NCBI GenBank assembly: GCA_963809785.1
Contig: CAWEKV010000002.1
Coordinates: 1,006,689-1,070,688, forward strand
DNA length: 64,000 bases
Reading direction: 5' to 3'
Source of the DNA: an uncultured Planctomycetia bacterium
Lineage (GTDB): Bacteria; Planctomycetota; Planctomycetia; Pirellulales; S012-138
The notes beneath the pieces are model-generated. The model was not told where the DNA came from. It worked only from the letters and a program-made list of their open reading frames with translations, and ran no database searches. Positions 38,804-48,980 of the stretch are shown here, one piece after another (position 1 is the stretch's first letter; every line of letters starts with the position of its first letter). Made by a program: the position numbers and the translations under genes.

Positions 38804-39705
38804 TTGCCTCAGGCGGTGACTTCCACGCTGCTTAGCCCGCAGGTGCTGGCCCAGCTCGAACGGCTGGAGCTGGTGAGCCGCAAGGTCTTCCGCGGGCGGA
38901 TGAAGGGCGAGCGGCGCAGCAAGCGCAAGGGCCAGAGCGTCGAGTTCGCCGACTTCCGCAACTACGTGCCCGGCGACGACCTGCGGTTCATCGACTGGAA
39001 CCTCTACGCCCGGCTGGACAAGCTGTTCCTCAAGCTGTTCCTGGAGGAGGAGGACCTGCACTTCTACGTGCTGATCGACACCAGCCTGTCGATGGACTTC
39101 GGCGAGCCGACCAAGCTGCACTACGCCAAGCAGTTGGCGGCGGCGCTGGGCTTCGTCGGGCTGGTGCGGGCCGACCGCGTGAAGATCGAAACGCATCGGC
39201 CAGCCCGCCGCGAGCCGCGGTCCACGGCCCTGCGCGGCCGGGCCAGCCTGTGGCGGATGCTCGACCATCTGGAGCACGATCGAGACCGGGCGAGATACGT
39301 CGCTGGCCGCAGGGCGTGAAGAACTTCTGCCTCCGCAACACCGGCAAAGGGATCGTGGTCCTGATCAGCGACCTGATGGACAAGCGACGGCTACGAGGAC
39401 GGCCCTGCGGTACCTGGTCGCCCAGCAGATGGACGTCTACGTGATCCAGGTGCTGTCGCAGGAGGAGATCGAGCCGGACGTGACCGGCGACCTGCAAGCT
39501 GATCGACTGCGAGGACGACGACGTGGCCGAGGTGACGGTCAGCGCCCCGCTGCTGAAGCGCTACAAGCAGACGCTCAGCGCCTTCGTGGCCGGGGTGAAA
39601 GACTTCTGCAACCGCCGCGGCATGGCGTACATCCTGGCCAATAACCGCTTGCCGCTGGAGCAATTGGTCGTGCACTACCTGCGCGAGCGAGGGCTGGTGC
39701 GATGA
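38804..39705 (+). CDS. DUF58 (vWA-like, MoxR-associated) protein, frameshifted
   Basis: G.R.SKRKGQSVEFADFR.Y.PGDDLR.IDWN.YAR.DKL.LKLF.EEED, LID.S.SM, VVLISD. Confidence 0.92.
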
Positions 39706-39719
39706 GTGCTGTGAAATCA

Positions 39720-39796
39720 CTTTACACTTTGCATTTTGCACTTTGCATTTTGCATTCGGAGTGGTGCGGTGCGCTTCAATGCAAAGTGCAAAATGC
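39720..39796. repeat. Heptamer inverted array (TTTGCAT / ATGCAAA), interrupted by the IS66 element and continuing at 41331-41357
   Basis: ctttgcattttgcactttgcattttgcatt ... aatgcaaagtgcaaaatgc | caaaatgcaaagtgcaaaatgcaaaat. Confidence 0.85.
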
Positions 39797-41330
39797 GTAA
39801 CAGTTTAGCCGTCTGAAGTGATCACGGCGGCAATGCGGGCAGTTTGCCGGTGTTGAGGTGTTCGGCAAGTGCGTTGGTGATCGTGGAGAGCGGATCGTGG
39901 CCGCGTTGTTTCAAAGTGCGGTAGATGCTCATCAACACGGCTTGCGTGTCCGCTCCGCGTTGGCTGCGGTTGCCATAGGTGTTTTTGCGGATGATGACGG
40001 CCGGGCGGATGGCCCGTTCACCGTGGTTGTTGTCGGCCGGCACGGCCGGATCGTCGAGAAACGTAAACAGGTGCTGGCGATGTCGCCGGAAACGCTTGAG
40101 CAGACGTTGAGCTTGCTTGTCGTTCCACGGCGTGCGGATCAGTGCATCCAGCCGCGCATGCAGGCGGTTGCGACGCGAGGCATAAGTCTCGCCAGAAAGT
40201 TCCGGCTGACGCCGCTTCAGACGCAGTCCGTCGCGGATCAGGCGTCGCAGTTGCTTGGCGAATTTCCCCCAGTGGGGCGAAGGATGCTTGTACTGTTCGA
40301 CATGCTTCAGATCGCGCAGCAAATGTGCCAGGCAGACTTGACGCCGGCTGCACACCACCGCGTTGTACGCGCCCCAAAAGTCGCTGACCAGCGTGCCGGC
40401 AAACGCCCGGCGAAAGAATTTGGCCAACACCGGCCGACCACGCCGCCGGTCGATCAGGTAGTACGTGCCACGCGCATGACTGAAACACCACAGCCAATGT
40501 CCTTTTCCATTCACGCGCCAGCCCGTTTCGTCGGCGTGCAACACGGCCGCGTCCAAAGCCTCGTTTTGAATCTGCTCGTACCAGGGAAACAAAATCTCCT
40601 GCAAGCGATACCACTGTTGTTGCAGCCCGCCGGGCGTGAGAGAGAATTGCAAGTGATGACTGAACACGTCCACGACGTGCGCGATGGTTTGTCCCAGCCC
40701 ATAGTGCAGCCAGGCCGACAGCGTCAGCACGCGGTTGCCAATCTGACTGCCCGGCAAGGCATCGGGGACGACCGGCTCGACCTGCTTGCAACGGCGCGGA
40801 CACCAGTCCCGGTGGATCGTGTGCTCGGTGACCACCGGTTGGATATCGAGGGGAATGTCTTCGGTGTACCGAGTGCGGGTTTCCTGGCAACGCTTCAACG
40901 CGCCCTGACAGTGCGGACAGCACGGAACGCGGTGCGTCTTTCGCTCGTCGATGCGCGCGGGCGGCGGGCGACGACTGCCTGGATGACCCGCCGGTCGCCC
41001 CGGCGTTTTGCCACGTTTCTTGACCGCAGGTTTTTGATGAACGGGCCGCATGCCCGAGGGTGTGGCCGGCGAGTGGACCGAGGCACAGCGTCCTTCCGCG
41101 CCGGCCAGCCGTCTGGCCAACTCGAGCAGGGCAAAGACCACCGCCTCCTGGCCTTGGGCGTAGATCGCGACAGCGTCCTTCGCCGTGAGCTGCGGCCCCA
41201 ATGCGACGTCGAGTTCGACAACGCCTTCCGTGGTCATGACCATCCTCACTCGCCAATCTGCGAATGCTTGCTGTCATAAACCACGACTTCCAAAAAGACC
41301 AAGACCAACTTCAGACGGCTAAACTGTTAC
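39797..41330 (-). mobile_element. Complete IS66-family insertion sequence (single-ORF type), 1534 bp
   Basis: Perfect 23-bp TIRs GTAACAGTTTAGCCGTCTGAAGT (39797-39819 / 41308-41330); 8-bp TSD CAAAATGC on both sides. Confidence 0.95.
39822..41249 (-). CDS. IS66-family transposase
   Basis: CPHC zinc finger, LHADETGW, WLW, LVSDFWGAY, Q.CLAHLLR, PADNNHGERAIR. Confidence 0.95.
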   Translation of the reverse strand: MRMVMTTEGVVELDVALGPQLTAKDAVAIYAQGQEAVVFALLELARRLAGAEGRCASVHSPATPSGMRPVHQKPAVKKRGKTPGRPAGHPGSRRPPPARIDERKTHRVPCCPHCQGALKRCQETRTRYTEDIPLDIQPVVTEHTIHRDWCPRRCKQVEPVVPDALPGSQIGNRVLTLSAWLHYGLGQTIAHVVDVFSHHLQFSLTPGGLQQQWYRLQEILFPWYEQIQNEALDAAVLHADETGWRVNGKGHWLWCFSHARGTYYLIDRRRGRPVLAKFFRRAFAGTLVSDFWGAYNAVVCSRRQVCLAHLLRDLKHVEQYKHPSPHWGKFAKQLRRLIRDGLRLKRRQPELSGETYASRRNRLHARLDALIRTPWNDKQAQRLLKRFRRHRQHLFTFLDDPAVPADNNHGERAIRPAVIIRKNTYGNRSQRGADTQAVLMSIYRTLKQRGHDPLSTITNALAEHLNTGKLPALPP

Positions 41331-41386
41331 CAAAATGCAAAGTGCAAAATGCAAAATCTGTTCTTCGTCTTCCGGGCAGCGCGCTA

Positions 41387-43555
41387 ATGTGGCCCCAGCT
41401 TTCCAACCCGTTCTCTGATTTGCCTCAGGTAGTGAGCTGGAAATGGCTCCCGCTCACCTGGGGTCACGTGATTTGGGCGGCGATCCTGGCCGTGCCGGTG
41501 CTGATCCTCCTCTTGTATTTCCTCAAGCTGAAGCGCCAGCCCGTGGAGGTGCCCAGCACGTTCCTGTGGCTCAAGTCGATCGAAGACCTGCACGTCAACA
41601 GCATCTGGCAGAAGCTCCGCAAGAGCCTGCTGCTCTTCTTGCAGTTGCTGCTGATCTTGTTTGCCATCATCTCGCTGCTGCGGCCTTCCTGGAGCGGTGA
41701 GAAGCGGGTCGGCCACCGCTCGATCTTCGTGATCGACAATTCGGCCAGCATGTCGGCCACCGACGCGGCGGCGGGCGAGAAGACGACGCGGCTCGAGGAG
41801 GCCAAGCGACAGGCGCTGGCCCTGATCGACCAGATGGAATCGGGCGACGTGGCCATGGTGATCACGTTCTCGAACCGGCCGAACGTCGAGCAGCCCTTCA
41901 CCGACGACCGCGACGCCCTGCGCCGCGTCGTGGAGCGCATCGGGCCGACGCAGCGGGCCACGGACATCCTCGAGGCCCTGCGGATCGCCTCGGGCATGGC
42001 CAACCCCGGCCGCAGCGGCACCGATCCGGGCCGCGAGGGGATCATGGCCGAACCCCAGCCGGCGGACCTGTACCTGTTCACCGACGGCAAGTTCCCGCAC
42101 CCCGATTTTCCGCTGGGCGTGCTGTCCCCCAAGTACATCAAGCTGGGCAGCGAAGCGCCGCGGAACGTGGCAGTCGCCTCGCTGGCCGCGGAGCGCCGGC
42201 TCGACAAGGAGGGCGAGGTCGATGTCTTCGCACTCCTGGAAAACTACGGCCCGGAGGATGTCGAAGTCCGCGTCGATCTGTTCGTGGACGATGCGGACCA
42301 GAACGCCAGCACACGGGTCTCGCTGCCCGCCCGCAACGCCGAGACTGGCGCGCCGGGCTCCGACGGCGTGGACTTCCGCCTGGGCAACGTGGAGTCGGGC
42401 GTCGTCAAGCTCGTTGCCACGGTCATCGAGCCGTCGTCGGGCGACACGGTCGGCGACGACCTGCCGCTCGATGACACGGCTTGGTTCGCTGTCAACGTTC
42501 CTCGCAAGGCCAAGGTGCTGTTGGTGACGCCGGGCAACGACTACCTCAGCAAGGCCTTCGGCACGCAGCAATCGCAGCGGCTATGCGACCTGACGGTCCA
42601 GCCGCCGGACTATCTCTCCGGCGACGAATATCGCGCGCTGGCCCAGGCCGGCGTGCACGACCTCGTGATCTTCGACCGCTGCCTGCCGGCGGAAAAGGAA
42701 GACAACGACAAGACGCCCACGCCGCTGCCGGAGTGCAACACGCTGTTCATCGGGGCGGTGCCGAAGCTGGCCCTGTGGGGCTGGGAGGCGGAAAAGCCCT
42801 GGCCGCCCCAAGGAGTCGTGCTGCCCAAGATCATCGACATCGCCCGCACCCACCCGCTGATGCACCTGATCGAGCTGGACGACGTGCTGATCGCCTCGGG
42901 CATTCCGCTGAAGACGCCCGCCGGCGGCACGGCGCTGATCGACACGCTCGGCTCACGCAAGAAGATCGACGACGAGGGATATGAAGGGGTGCAGGCCCCG
43001 CTGCTGGCCGTGGCGGCCCGCGAGGGGCACGAAGACGCCATCATGAGCTTCTCGATCGTGGACAAGGAGGGGGCCAACACCAACTGGATGCAACGTCGCA
43101 GCTTCCCGGCGTTCCTCTACAACGTGCTCAAGTACCTCGGCGGTGGACATGCCGTGAGCGACGCGGGCGTGGTGCGCCCCGGCGACCGGCTGGAGCTGAA
43201 AATCGACACGGCCGCCGAAAAGCTCTACGTCTTCGCGCCCGAGGACCGCTCCGGGCAGGAGATCCTGCCCAGCCGCCAGGCGATCTATCGTCTGACGGGG
43301 CTGGAGAAGCTTGGCCCCTATGAGCTGCGCGAGCCGACGGGGGCCGCCGTCGGGCGGTTCGCCGTCAACTTGTTCGACAGCCGCGAGAGCGACCTGCGGC
43401 CGGTGGACGAGATCGACTTCCAATGGGGCGAAGCGCTCCAGGCCGAGGCCACGTTCGAGCCCGAGCGGAAAGAAACCTGGAAGTGGCTGCTGCTCTTGGC
43501 TCTAGTGGTGCTGATTTTCGAGTGGTATATTTACAACCGCCGTGTGTACCTGTGA
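41387..43555 (+). CDS. BatA-domain / vWA membrane protein
   Basis: LLLYFLKLKRQPVEVPSTFLW, MIDAS IDNSASM, C-terminal NLFDSRES and WKWLLLLAL..L.FEW. Confidence 0.9.
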   Translation: MWPQLSNPFSDLPQVVSWKWLPLTWGHVIWAAILAVPVLILLLYFLKLKRQPVEVPSTFLWLKSIEDLHVNSIWQKLRKSLLLFLQLLLILFAIISLLRPSWSGEKRVGHRSIFVIDNSASMSATDAAAGEKTTRLEEAKRQALALIDQMESGDVAMVITFSNRPNVEQPFTDDRDALRRVVERIGPTQRATDILEALRIASGMANPGRSGTDPGREGIMAEPQPADLYLFTDGKFPHPDFPLGVLSPKYIKLGSEAPRNVAVASLAAERRLDKEGEVDVFALLENYGPEDVEVRVDLFVDDADQNASTRVSLPARNAETGAPGSDGVDFRLGNVESGVVKLVATVIEPSSGDTVGDDLPLDDTAWFAVNVPRKAKVLLVTPGNDYLSKAFGTQQSQRLCDLTVQPPDYLSGDEYRALAQAGVHDLVIFDRCLPAEKEDNDKTPTPLPECNTLFIGAVPKLALWGWEAEKPWPPQGVVLPKIIDIARTHPLMHLIELDDVLIASGIPLKTPAGGTALIDTLGSRKKIDDEGYEGVQAPLLAVAAREGHEDAIMSFSIVDKEGANTNWMQRRSFPAFLYNVLKYLGGGHAVSDAGVVRPGDRLELKIDTAAEKLYVFAPEDRSGQEILPSRQAIYRLTGLEKLGPYELREPTGAAVGRFAVNLFDSRESDLRPVDEIDFQWGEALQAEATFEPERKETWKWLLLLALVVLIFEWYIYNRRVYL

Positions 43556-43822
43556 TGTGGTGAGTGGGTGAGTGGTCGCGGCGGGGGTCGATCGGGGTCG
43601 CCGGCAAGCGCGTTTCGCCGCTGCGCCGGCGCAGCAATTGCTCTCCCGCTCCAGTCCGTGCTCCGTAGCTGAACTCGCCAGAGTTCAGCCCCCGAAGCCT
43701 CACGACTTGGCGACGATTGTCCTAAGTCTGGTGGCTTCGGCTGCGTAGGTTTTCGCGGTTTCTCGGCATCGTTTTGTCGGCTTGTGGACCACCCGCGACG
43801 CCCTCCTGGGACGAGCCTGCCC

Positions 43823-44620
43823 ATGCCTCTCAAGACCCGGAGAAAGAGGAGTCATTCCCACAATCTCCCCCCCGGCGACGGTCCCAGCAGGGATCCGGGA
43901 TCGGCCGCCCCAGGCCGCAAGAAGAAGAACGTGCTCAATCGCCTGGTGGAGAACTCGCTGATCGAGCGGGTGAGCGCCGAGGAATATCGCGAGAAGGTCC
44001 GCGACGTCTACGACGGGCCCAAGGGGGCCATCCTGGCCGCCTGCAGCCTGATCTCGTTGCACACACCGCTGGGCGAGCGGCTGCTGCGGAATCGCAAGTT
44101 CGACCTGCGCGGCTGCAAAGAGATTCTCGACGTGGGCTGCGGGGCCGGCCAGATCGCCCGGCACCTGGTCAAGTATGCCGACGCCGACGCGGCCATTACT
44201 TGCTTCGATCTCTCGTTTGGCATGGTCCGCCGCGCCGTGCGGCGGCTCAAGTCGCCGGCGATGAAGACGCAGCCGCCGCGGTTCGTGGTGGCCGACCTGA
44301 CGCGGCTGCCGTTCGCTGACGAGACGTTCGACTGCGTCACCTGCGGCTATGTGATGGAGCACTTGCCCGACGCGCGGGCCGGCCTCTTGGAGCTGTCGCG
44401 CGTCATGGTCCGCGGCGGGCGGATGCTGCTTCTGACGACCGAAGACAATTTCGGCGGCGCCTGGACGAGCCGCATCTGGAGCTGCCGCACCTATAACCGC
44501 CGAGAATTGCACAGGCTCTGCGAATCCGTCGGACTGACCTGGCGCAACGAGCTTTGGTACACGCCGCTGCACCGCTTCCTGCGGGCGGGCGGCATCTGCG
44601 TGGAGATCGTGAAGCGCTAA
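43823..44620 (+). CDS. Class I SAM-dependent methyltransferase
   Basis: ILDVGCGAG, DLS..M, ADL..LPF.DETFD, L.E..RV...GG. Confidence 0.9.
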   Translation: MPLKTRRKRSHSHNLPPGDGPSRDPGSAAPGRKKKNVLNRLVENSLIERVSAEEYREKVRDVYDGPKGAILAACSLISLHTPLGERLLRNRKFDLRGCKEILDVGCGAGQIARHLVKYADADAAITCFDLSFGMVRRAVRRLKSPAMKTQPPRFVVADLTRLPFADETFDCVTCGYVMEHLPDARAGLLELSRVMVRGGRMLLLTTEDNFGGAWTSRIWSCRTYNRRELHRLCESVGLTWRNELWYTPLHRFLRAGGICVEIVKR

Positions 44621-44631
44621 GGGCCGCGACT

Positions 44632-44718
44632 CACTAGCCCGACGGGCCATCGAGGGCGCGGCGGATTATGCTCGGAGTCCAGCGGCGGCACTCCCTCGCT
44701 GACGCGTCGGGCTAGTGT
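44632..44718. repeat. REP-like inverted repeat (CACTAGCCCGA...CGAGGG / CCCTCG...TCGGGCTAGTG)
   Basis: Same family at ~48846-48973 and ~56642-56740. Confidence 0.8.
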
Positions 44719-44732
44719 TGCTCTACCGCGCC

Positions 44733-45602
44733 TTACGACGTGGCCGCTTGCCCCGGCAGGGGAATCTCCGCCTGCGGCAGCAGGGAGGGCGCAGATGGTG
44801 TCGCGACGGCGGGCGTCGCGCCCGCGGCCGACGAGGCGTTGGTGCTCGCCGCCGGTGCCAGCGGCAGCTTGAGGATGAATGCCGTCCCTTTGCCCGCGGC
44901 GCTCTCCACGCGGATGCGGCCGCGGTGGGCTTCGACGATGTCGCGGCACATCGAAAGGCCCAGCCCCGTGCCCCCTTTGCCCGTGGCGTCCGGGCCGGAT
45001 TTCGTCGTGAAGAACGGCTCGAAGATCCGCGGCAGCAGCTCGGCGGGAATGCCCACGCCCGTGTCGCGCACCGTCAGCTCGACCATCTCCCCCGTCTCGT
45101 CCAGTGCTAGCTTGAGCACCACCCGGCCGCCGTGGGGCATCGCCTGCCGGGCATTGACCAGCAGGTTGAGCAGCACCTGTTGAATCTGGCCCGGGTTGAT
45201 CATCGCCCGCGGCACCTCGCGGAAGTACGTCTCCACCGCGATGTGATACTTGTTCAGCTCCCGCTCCAAGAGCAGCAGCGCGTCTTCGAGCAACTGCTTG
45301 AGGTCGGTCGGCTCGAAGCCGCTGGAGCGACGCCGGGCCATGCCCAGGATGCTGCCGGTGATCTTGGCCGCCTTGGTGCTGGCGGTGAGGATCTTGTTGA
45401 AGGCCTTTTCGCGGGTCTCGCGGTCGGGGTGCCGGAGGCCCATTTTGGCGTAGTTGATGATCGTGGTGAGGATGTTGTTGAACTCGTGCGAAGTCGTGCT
45501 GGCCAGCTCACCCAGGTAGGTCAGCCGCTGGGCCTGGGCGAGCTTCTCCGAGAGCAGCTCGACCTGCTCTTGCAGGGCACGCACCTGGTCGGATGTGCTC
45601 AT
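44733..45602 (-). CDS. Cytoplasmic histidine kinase (NtrB-like, no sensor domain)
   Basis: HEFNNIL H-box, QVLLNL..NA N-box, DTGVGI, FEPFFTTK, GTGLGL. Confidence 0.92.
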   Translation of the reverse strand: MSTSDQVRALQEQVELLSEKLAQAQRLTYLGELASTTSHEFNNILTTIINYAKMGLRHPDRETREKAFNKILTASTKAAKITGSILGMARRRSSGFEPTDLKQLLEDALLLLERELNKYHIAVETYFREVPRAMINPGQIQQVLLNLLVNARQAMPHGGRVVLKLALDETGEMVELTVRDTGVGIPAELLPRIFEPFFTTKSGPDATGKGGTGLGLSMCRDIVEAHRGRIRVESAAGKGTAFILKLPLAPAASTNASSAAGATPAVATPSAPSLLPQAEIPLPGQAATS

Positions 45603-46182
45603 GACGGCAACTTCGCTGAAACGCGTCTTGATTTGCCTCGTTCGCCGAGGCTCGCTGACCGGAGCGGCCTGACCGACCGGGCGCCTCGCGGTGGCTTCCC
45701 CGGTTTACCGCGCAGGGCGCAGCGCCTCGTCCAGCCGGCAACGCGCCTGTTGGGGTATCGTCCCACCGGCGGCGGAACTGAAGCGATGCCCGGCACAATC
45801 GTCGGCCCGAACCTGCTCCGGAAAGACGTGACGAGTCGTCGGAAGCGGGACTTCGGGGGGCGTGGGACGACGAATGGGTCTGTCCCAGATTTGCGGGAGG
45901 CTTGCCGCGATGCGCCGCAGCCAGCGAATTATAGGCGTAGGGTCAGTTTGCGGTAAGGCGGGTTTGTGCCGGGTCGTTGCCAAAAGGGCGCGGAAGGTTG
46001 ATATCGCTTCGGCGAAACGAGGCCCCTAGAATCGCCCGGCGTCGCGATCGACTTGCCGCGAGACGGGGTCGGGAGTCGATCCTCTCGACCCCCACTTACG
46101 CGACAATGCGCATGACGCAGCGGTCGCGCGAATCGACTGCCCGACCCCCTTCTTTCCCGCTGCCAGCACACGGAGGTGCGAC

Positions 46183-46557
46183 ATGCAGACGGCCCCGATG
46201 CAGACCGTTGACCGGCTCGAGGCCGCCCTGCGGCTGGCCGAGCGGCTGGGCTACCGCATTCGCCTGGAGTCGCTGATCGGCGAAGGGGGGGGCGGCTGCG
46301 AAATCCGCGGGCAGAAGTGGCTGTTTGTCGATCTGTCGCTCACGCCCCGCGAGCAGTTGGAACAGGTGCTGGCAACGCTGCGCCGAGAAGCGGCGAGCAT
46401 CAGGGCCGCTGCCGGCAGTGCCGCTGCCGGCCCCCCGACCGAAACCCCGGTCGAGCGGGATGTTAGCATCGCCGCGCCGAAATCCTCGCAGGGGTTTTTG
46501 CCGCGCTGGCGTCGCTGGTATAGAATGGTGGTCGGCACGCAGCGGGGCAGCCGCTAG
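46183..46557 (+). CDS. Hypothetical protein
   Basis: GGAGG RBS; LGY.IR.E.L.G.GGG.CEIRG.KWLF.DL pattern. Confidence 0.65.
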   Translation: MQTAPMQTVDRLEAALRLAERLGYRIRLESLIGEGGGGCEIRGQKWLFVDLSLTPREQLEQVLATLRREAASIRAAAGSAAAGPPTETPVERDVSIAAPKSSQGFLPRWRRWYRMVVGTQRGSR

Positions 46558-46613
46558 CGGCACTTCGGCGAGTTCGCGCGCATCCCTCTCACACCCCACT
46601 CGAGGTCTCTGGC

Positions 46614-47087
46614 ATGTTCGGTCGCAAGTCGTGGAAAGAAAAACTGCTGGGCAAGAAAGACCTGCCCAAGGTCGTCCAGGTCCCCTGCGATAAGACCAGC
46701 AAGCTGGGCACCGGCTCCTTCGTCGTCCCGGCCCCGACCGAGGTCGATTCGCTGATGAAGAAGGTGCCCAAGGGCAAGCTGATCACCATCAATCAGATCC
46801 GCCAGACGCTGGCCAAGAAACACAAGGCCAACACCGCCTGCCCGATGACCACGGGCATCTTCGCCTGGATGTCGGCCAACGCGGCCGAAGAAGCCAAGAC
46901 CGAAGGTGCCAAGCGCGTGACCCCTTATTGGCGGACGCTGAAGACCGGCGGCGAGATCAATCCCAAGTACCCCGGCGGCGTCGAGCACATGCAAAACCTG
47001 CTCGAGTCCGAGGGGCACAAGGTCGTCCGCAAGGGGAAGAAGTTCCTCGTGGAAGGCTACGAAGACTCGCTGCACCATCTGGATTAG
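46614..47087 (+). CDS. MGMT/alkyltransferase-like DNA-binding protein
   Basis: VPKGKLIT, ACPMTTGIF, TPYWRTLK..G.IN.KYPGG...Q..LLE.EG. Confidence 0.75.
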   Translation: MFGRKSWKEKLLGKKDLPKVVQVPCDKTSKLGTGSFVVPAPTEVDSLMKKVPKGKLITINQIRQTLAKKHKANTACPMTTGIFAWMSANAAEEAKTEGAKRVTPYWRTLKTGGEINPKYPGGVEHMQNLLESEGHKVVRKGKKFLVEGYEDSLHHLD

Positions 47088-47174
47088 CCTTCGGCGTGAG
47101 TAAGTGAGTAGGTGAGTATGTTGGCCTACGTCCTTCCCACTCACGTACTCACCTACTCACTTACTCACCAACCG

Positions 47175-47408
47175 ATGCCGCTCTACGAATACGCCTGCGA
47201 CAACTGCCACGAGGAGTTCGAGCTACTGGTGCGGGGCGACGAGCGACCGACGTGCCCGACCTGTGGCGGCGAACACCTGGACAAACAGTGGAGCGTGCCG
47301 GCAGCCCACACGTCGCGCGGGCAATCGCTGCCGCTGTGCGACGCGCCGCCGCAGCAATTGTGCGGCCGGCCGCAATGCGGCATGGGCGGCTGTCAGGGCT
47401 TGGAATGA
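47175..47408 (+). CDS. FmdB-family zinc-ribbon protein
   Basis: MPLYEYAC..C..EFE.L.......CP.CG. Confidence 0.88.
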   Translation: MPLYEYACDNCHEEFELLVRGDERPTCPTCGGEHLDKQWSVPAAHTSRGQSLPLCDAPPQQLCGRPQCGMGGCQGLE

Positions 47409-47522
47409 TTGTGTAGGGTGGTCAATTTGCTCTGCAAGTTGACGGCAACTCGCAGAGCGAGTTGCCCACGTTGGTTGTCGGCCCATGCGCGTCAAGCGAC
47501 AGTGGCCGGCTTGGCATAGCTC

Positions 47523-47822
47523 GTGAGGTCGCTCTTGCGGATTGTTCTGCGCATGCTCGAGTGTTTGAGGCTAAGGACGCCGCCAGCATGTGCGGTAGCC
47601 CGTAGGGCGTTCGAGGCAGCGCACCCGGCACGTACGGTGGTGGGGACAGCCCTGCGGGCGCGGGAGCAAGATCGGTTTATCGTCGCGGTCTTTTTTCAGG
47701 AGCCGGGCCGCCTGATCAAGCCGTCTCCCTATCAGCTCTATGCGGTAAGCTCTGACTTGGCGATGGTTGAGGAGCTGCCTAAAGGCCCCGACTCGCCGTA
47801 TTGGATTCGGGGCCGCAAATAA
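47523..47822 (+). CDS. Hypothetical protein
   Basis: 99-aa ORF ending 12 bp before trpD; no motif recognised. Confidence 0.4.
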   Translation: MRSLLRIVLRMLECLRLRTPPACAVARRAFEAAHPARTVVGTALRAREQDRFIVAVFFQEPGRLIKPSPYQLYAVSSDLAMVEELPKGPDSPYWIRGRK

Positions 47823-47834
47823 GCGAGTCGCCCA

Positions 47835-48851
47835 ATGCTCCAATCTATCCTCGGCCGCCTCGCCGCTGGCGAGAACCTCGCGCTCGACGAAATGTCCGCG
47901 GCCGTCGATGCCATCATGCAGGGCCGCTGCTCGCCAGGCGACATCGGCCTCTTGCTCACCGGCCTGCGGCTCAAGGGCGAGACCGTCGAGGAGGCCGCCG
48001 GCGCCGCGCTGGCCATGCGACGCCACATGACGCCGATCCGCTCGTCGCGCGAGGGCATCGTCGATACCTGCGGCACCGGCGGCGACGGCAGCGCCACGTT
48101 CAATATCAGCACCGCTGCTGCACTGGTCACCGCCGCCGCCGGCGTGCCGGTCGCCAAGCACGGCAACCGCCGCGTCACCAGCCGCACCGGCTCGGCCGAC
48201 GTGCTCCAGCAGCTAGGCGTAAACGTCGAAGCCGGCGTGGGCACCGTCGAGAAGTGCCTGGATGAGCTGGGCATCTGCTTTTGCTTCGCGCCCCTCCTGC
48301 ACCCGGCCATGAAGCAGGTGGCCGAAGTCCGCCGACAGCTCGGCGTGCCCACCATCTTCAACATGCTCGGCCCGCTGACGAATCCTGCCTCGGCCCCGTT
48401 TCAGATGATCGGCGTTGGCCGCCCGGAGCTGCGACCGCTGTTGGCCGAAGCCCTGGTGCTGCTCGGCACGCGGCGGGCCATCGTCGTGCGGGGCGACGAC
48501 GGATTGGATGAAGTCACACTCTCGGGACCGACGCAGGTGACCGAGAGTGGGCAACAGCCAGCCCGCGAGTTCACCTGGCATCCCGAAGATTTTGGCCTGC
48601 GCCGGGCCGACATGGCATCGCTGCGCGTGGAAGGGCCGGAGCAAAGCGCCGCCGTTATTCGCGGCGTCCTCGGCGGCGAGCGAGGCGCGGCGCGCGACAT
48701 CACGGTGCTCAACGCCGCCGCAGCTCTCTGGACGGCCGGCAAAGACGAATCGCCGCGGCGGTGTGCCGAGCTGGCCGCCATGGCCATCGACAGCGGCGCG
48801 GCCCAGGAGCTGCTCGCGCGGTTGGCGCGAATGACGGACGCTCCACACTAG
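47835..48851 (+). CDS. trpD: Anthranilate phosphoribosyltransferase
   Basis: DTCGTGGDG..TFNISTA, KHGNR..TS..GSADVL, FAP..HPAM, TIFN.LGPL.NP, GLDE. Confidence 0.97.
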   Translation: MLQSILGRLAAGENLALDEMSAAVDAIMQGRCSPGDIGLLLTGLRLKGETVEEAAGAALAMRRHMTPIRSSREGIVDTCGTGGDGSATFNISTAAALVTAAAGVPVAKHGNRRVTSRTGSADVLQQLGVNVEAGVGTVEKCLDELGICFCFAPLLHPAMKQVAEVRRQLGVPTIFNMLGPLTNPASAPFQMIGVGRPELRPLLAEALVLLGTRRAIVVRGDDGLDEVTLSGPTQVTESGQQPAREFTWHPEDFGLRRADMASLRVEGPEQSAAVIRGVLGGERGAARDITVLNAAAALWTAGKDESPRRCAELAAMAIDSGAAQELLARLARMTDAPH

Positions 48852-48980
48852 CCCGAAGCGCAAGCGAGGGAGACCTTTCTCTCGGCTCGGAGTCCGGGGC
48901 GCTGCTCCCTCGCTTGCGCGTCTTGCGCGTCGGGCTAGTGTGACGCTCCCTCGCTTACGCGTCGGGTTAGTGTCCGACGC

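Noticed and set aside
45960-46150. Structured intergenic region as a possible riboswitch or ncRNA
   Set aside because: No recognisable riboswitch consensus; the main hairpin is a copy of the REP-like element at 38687-38770.
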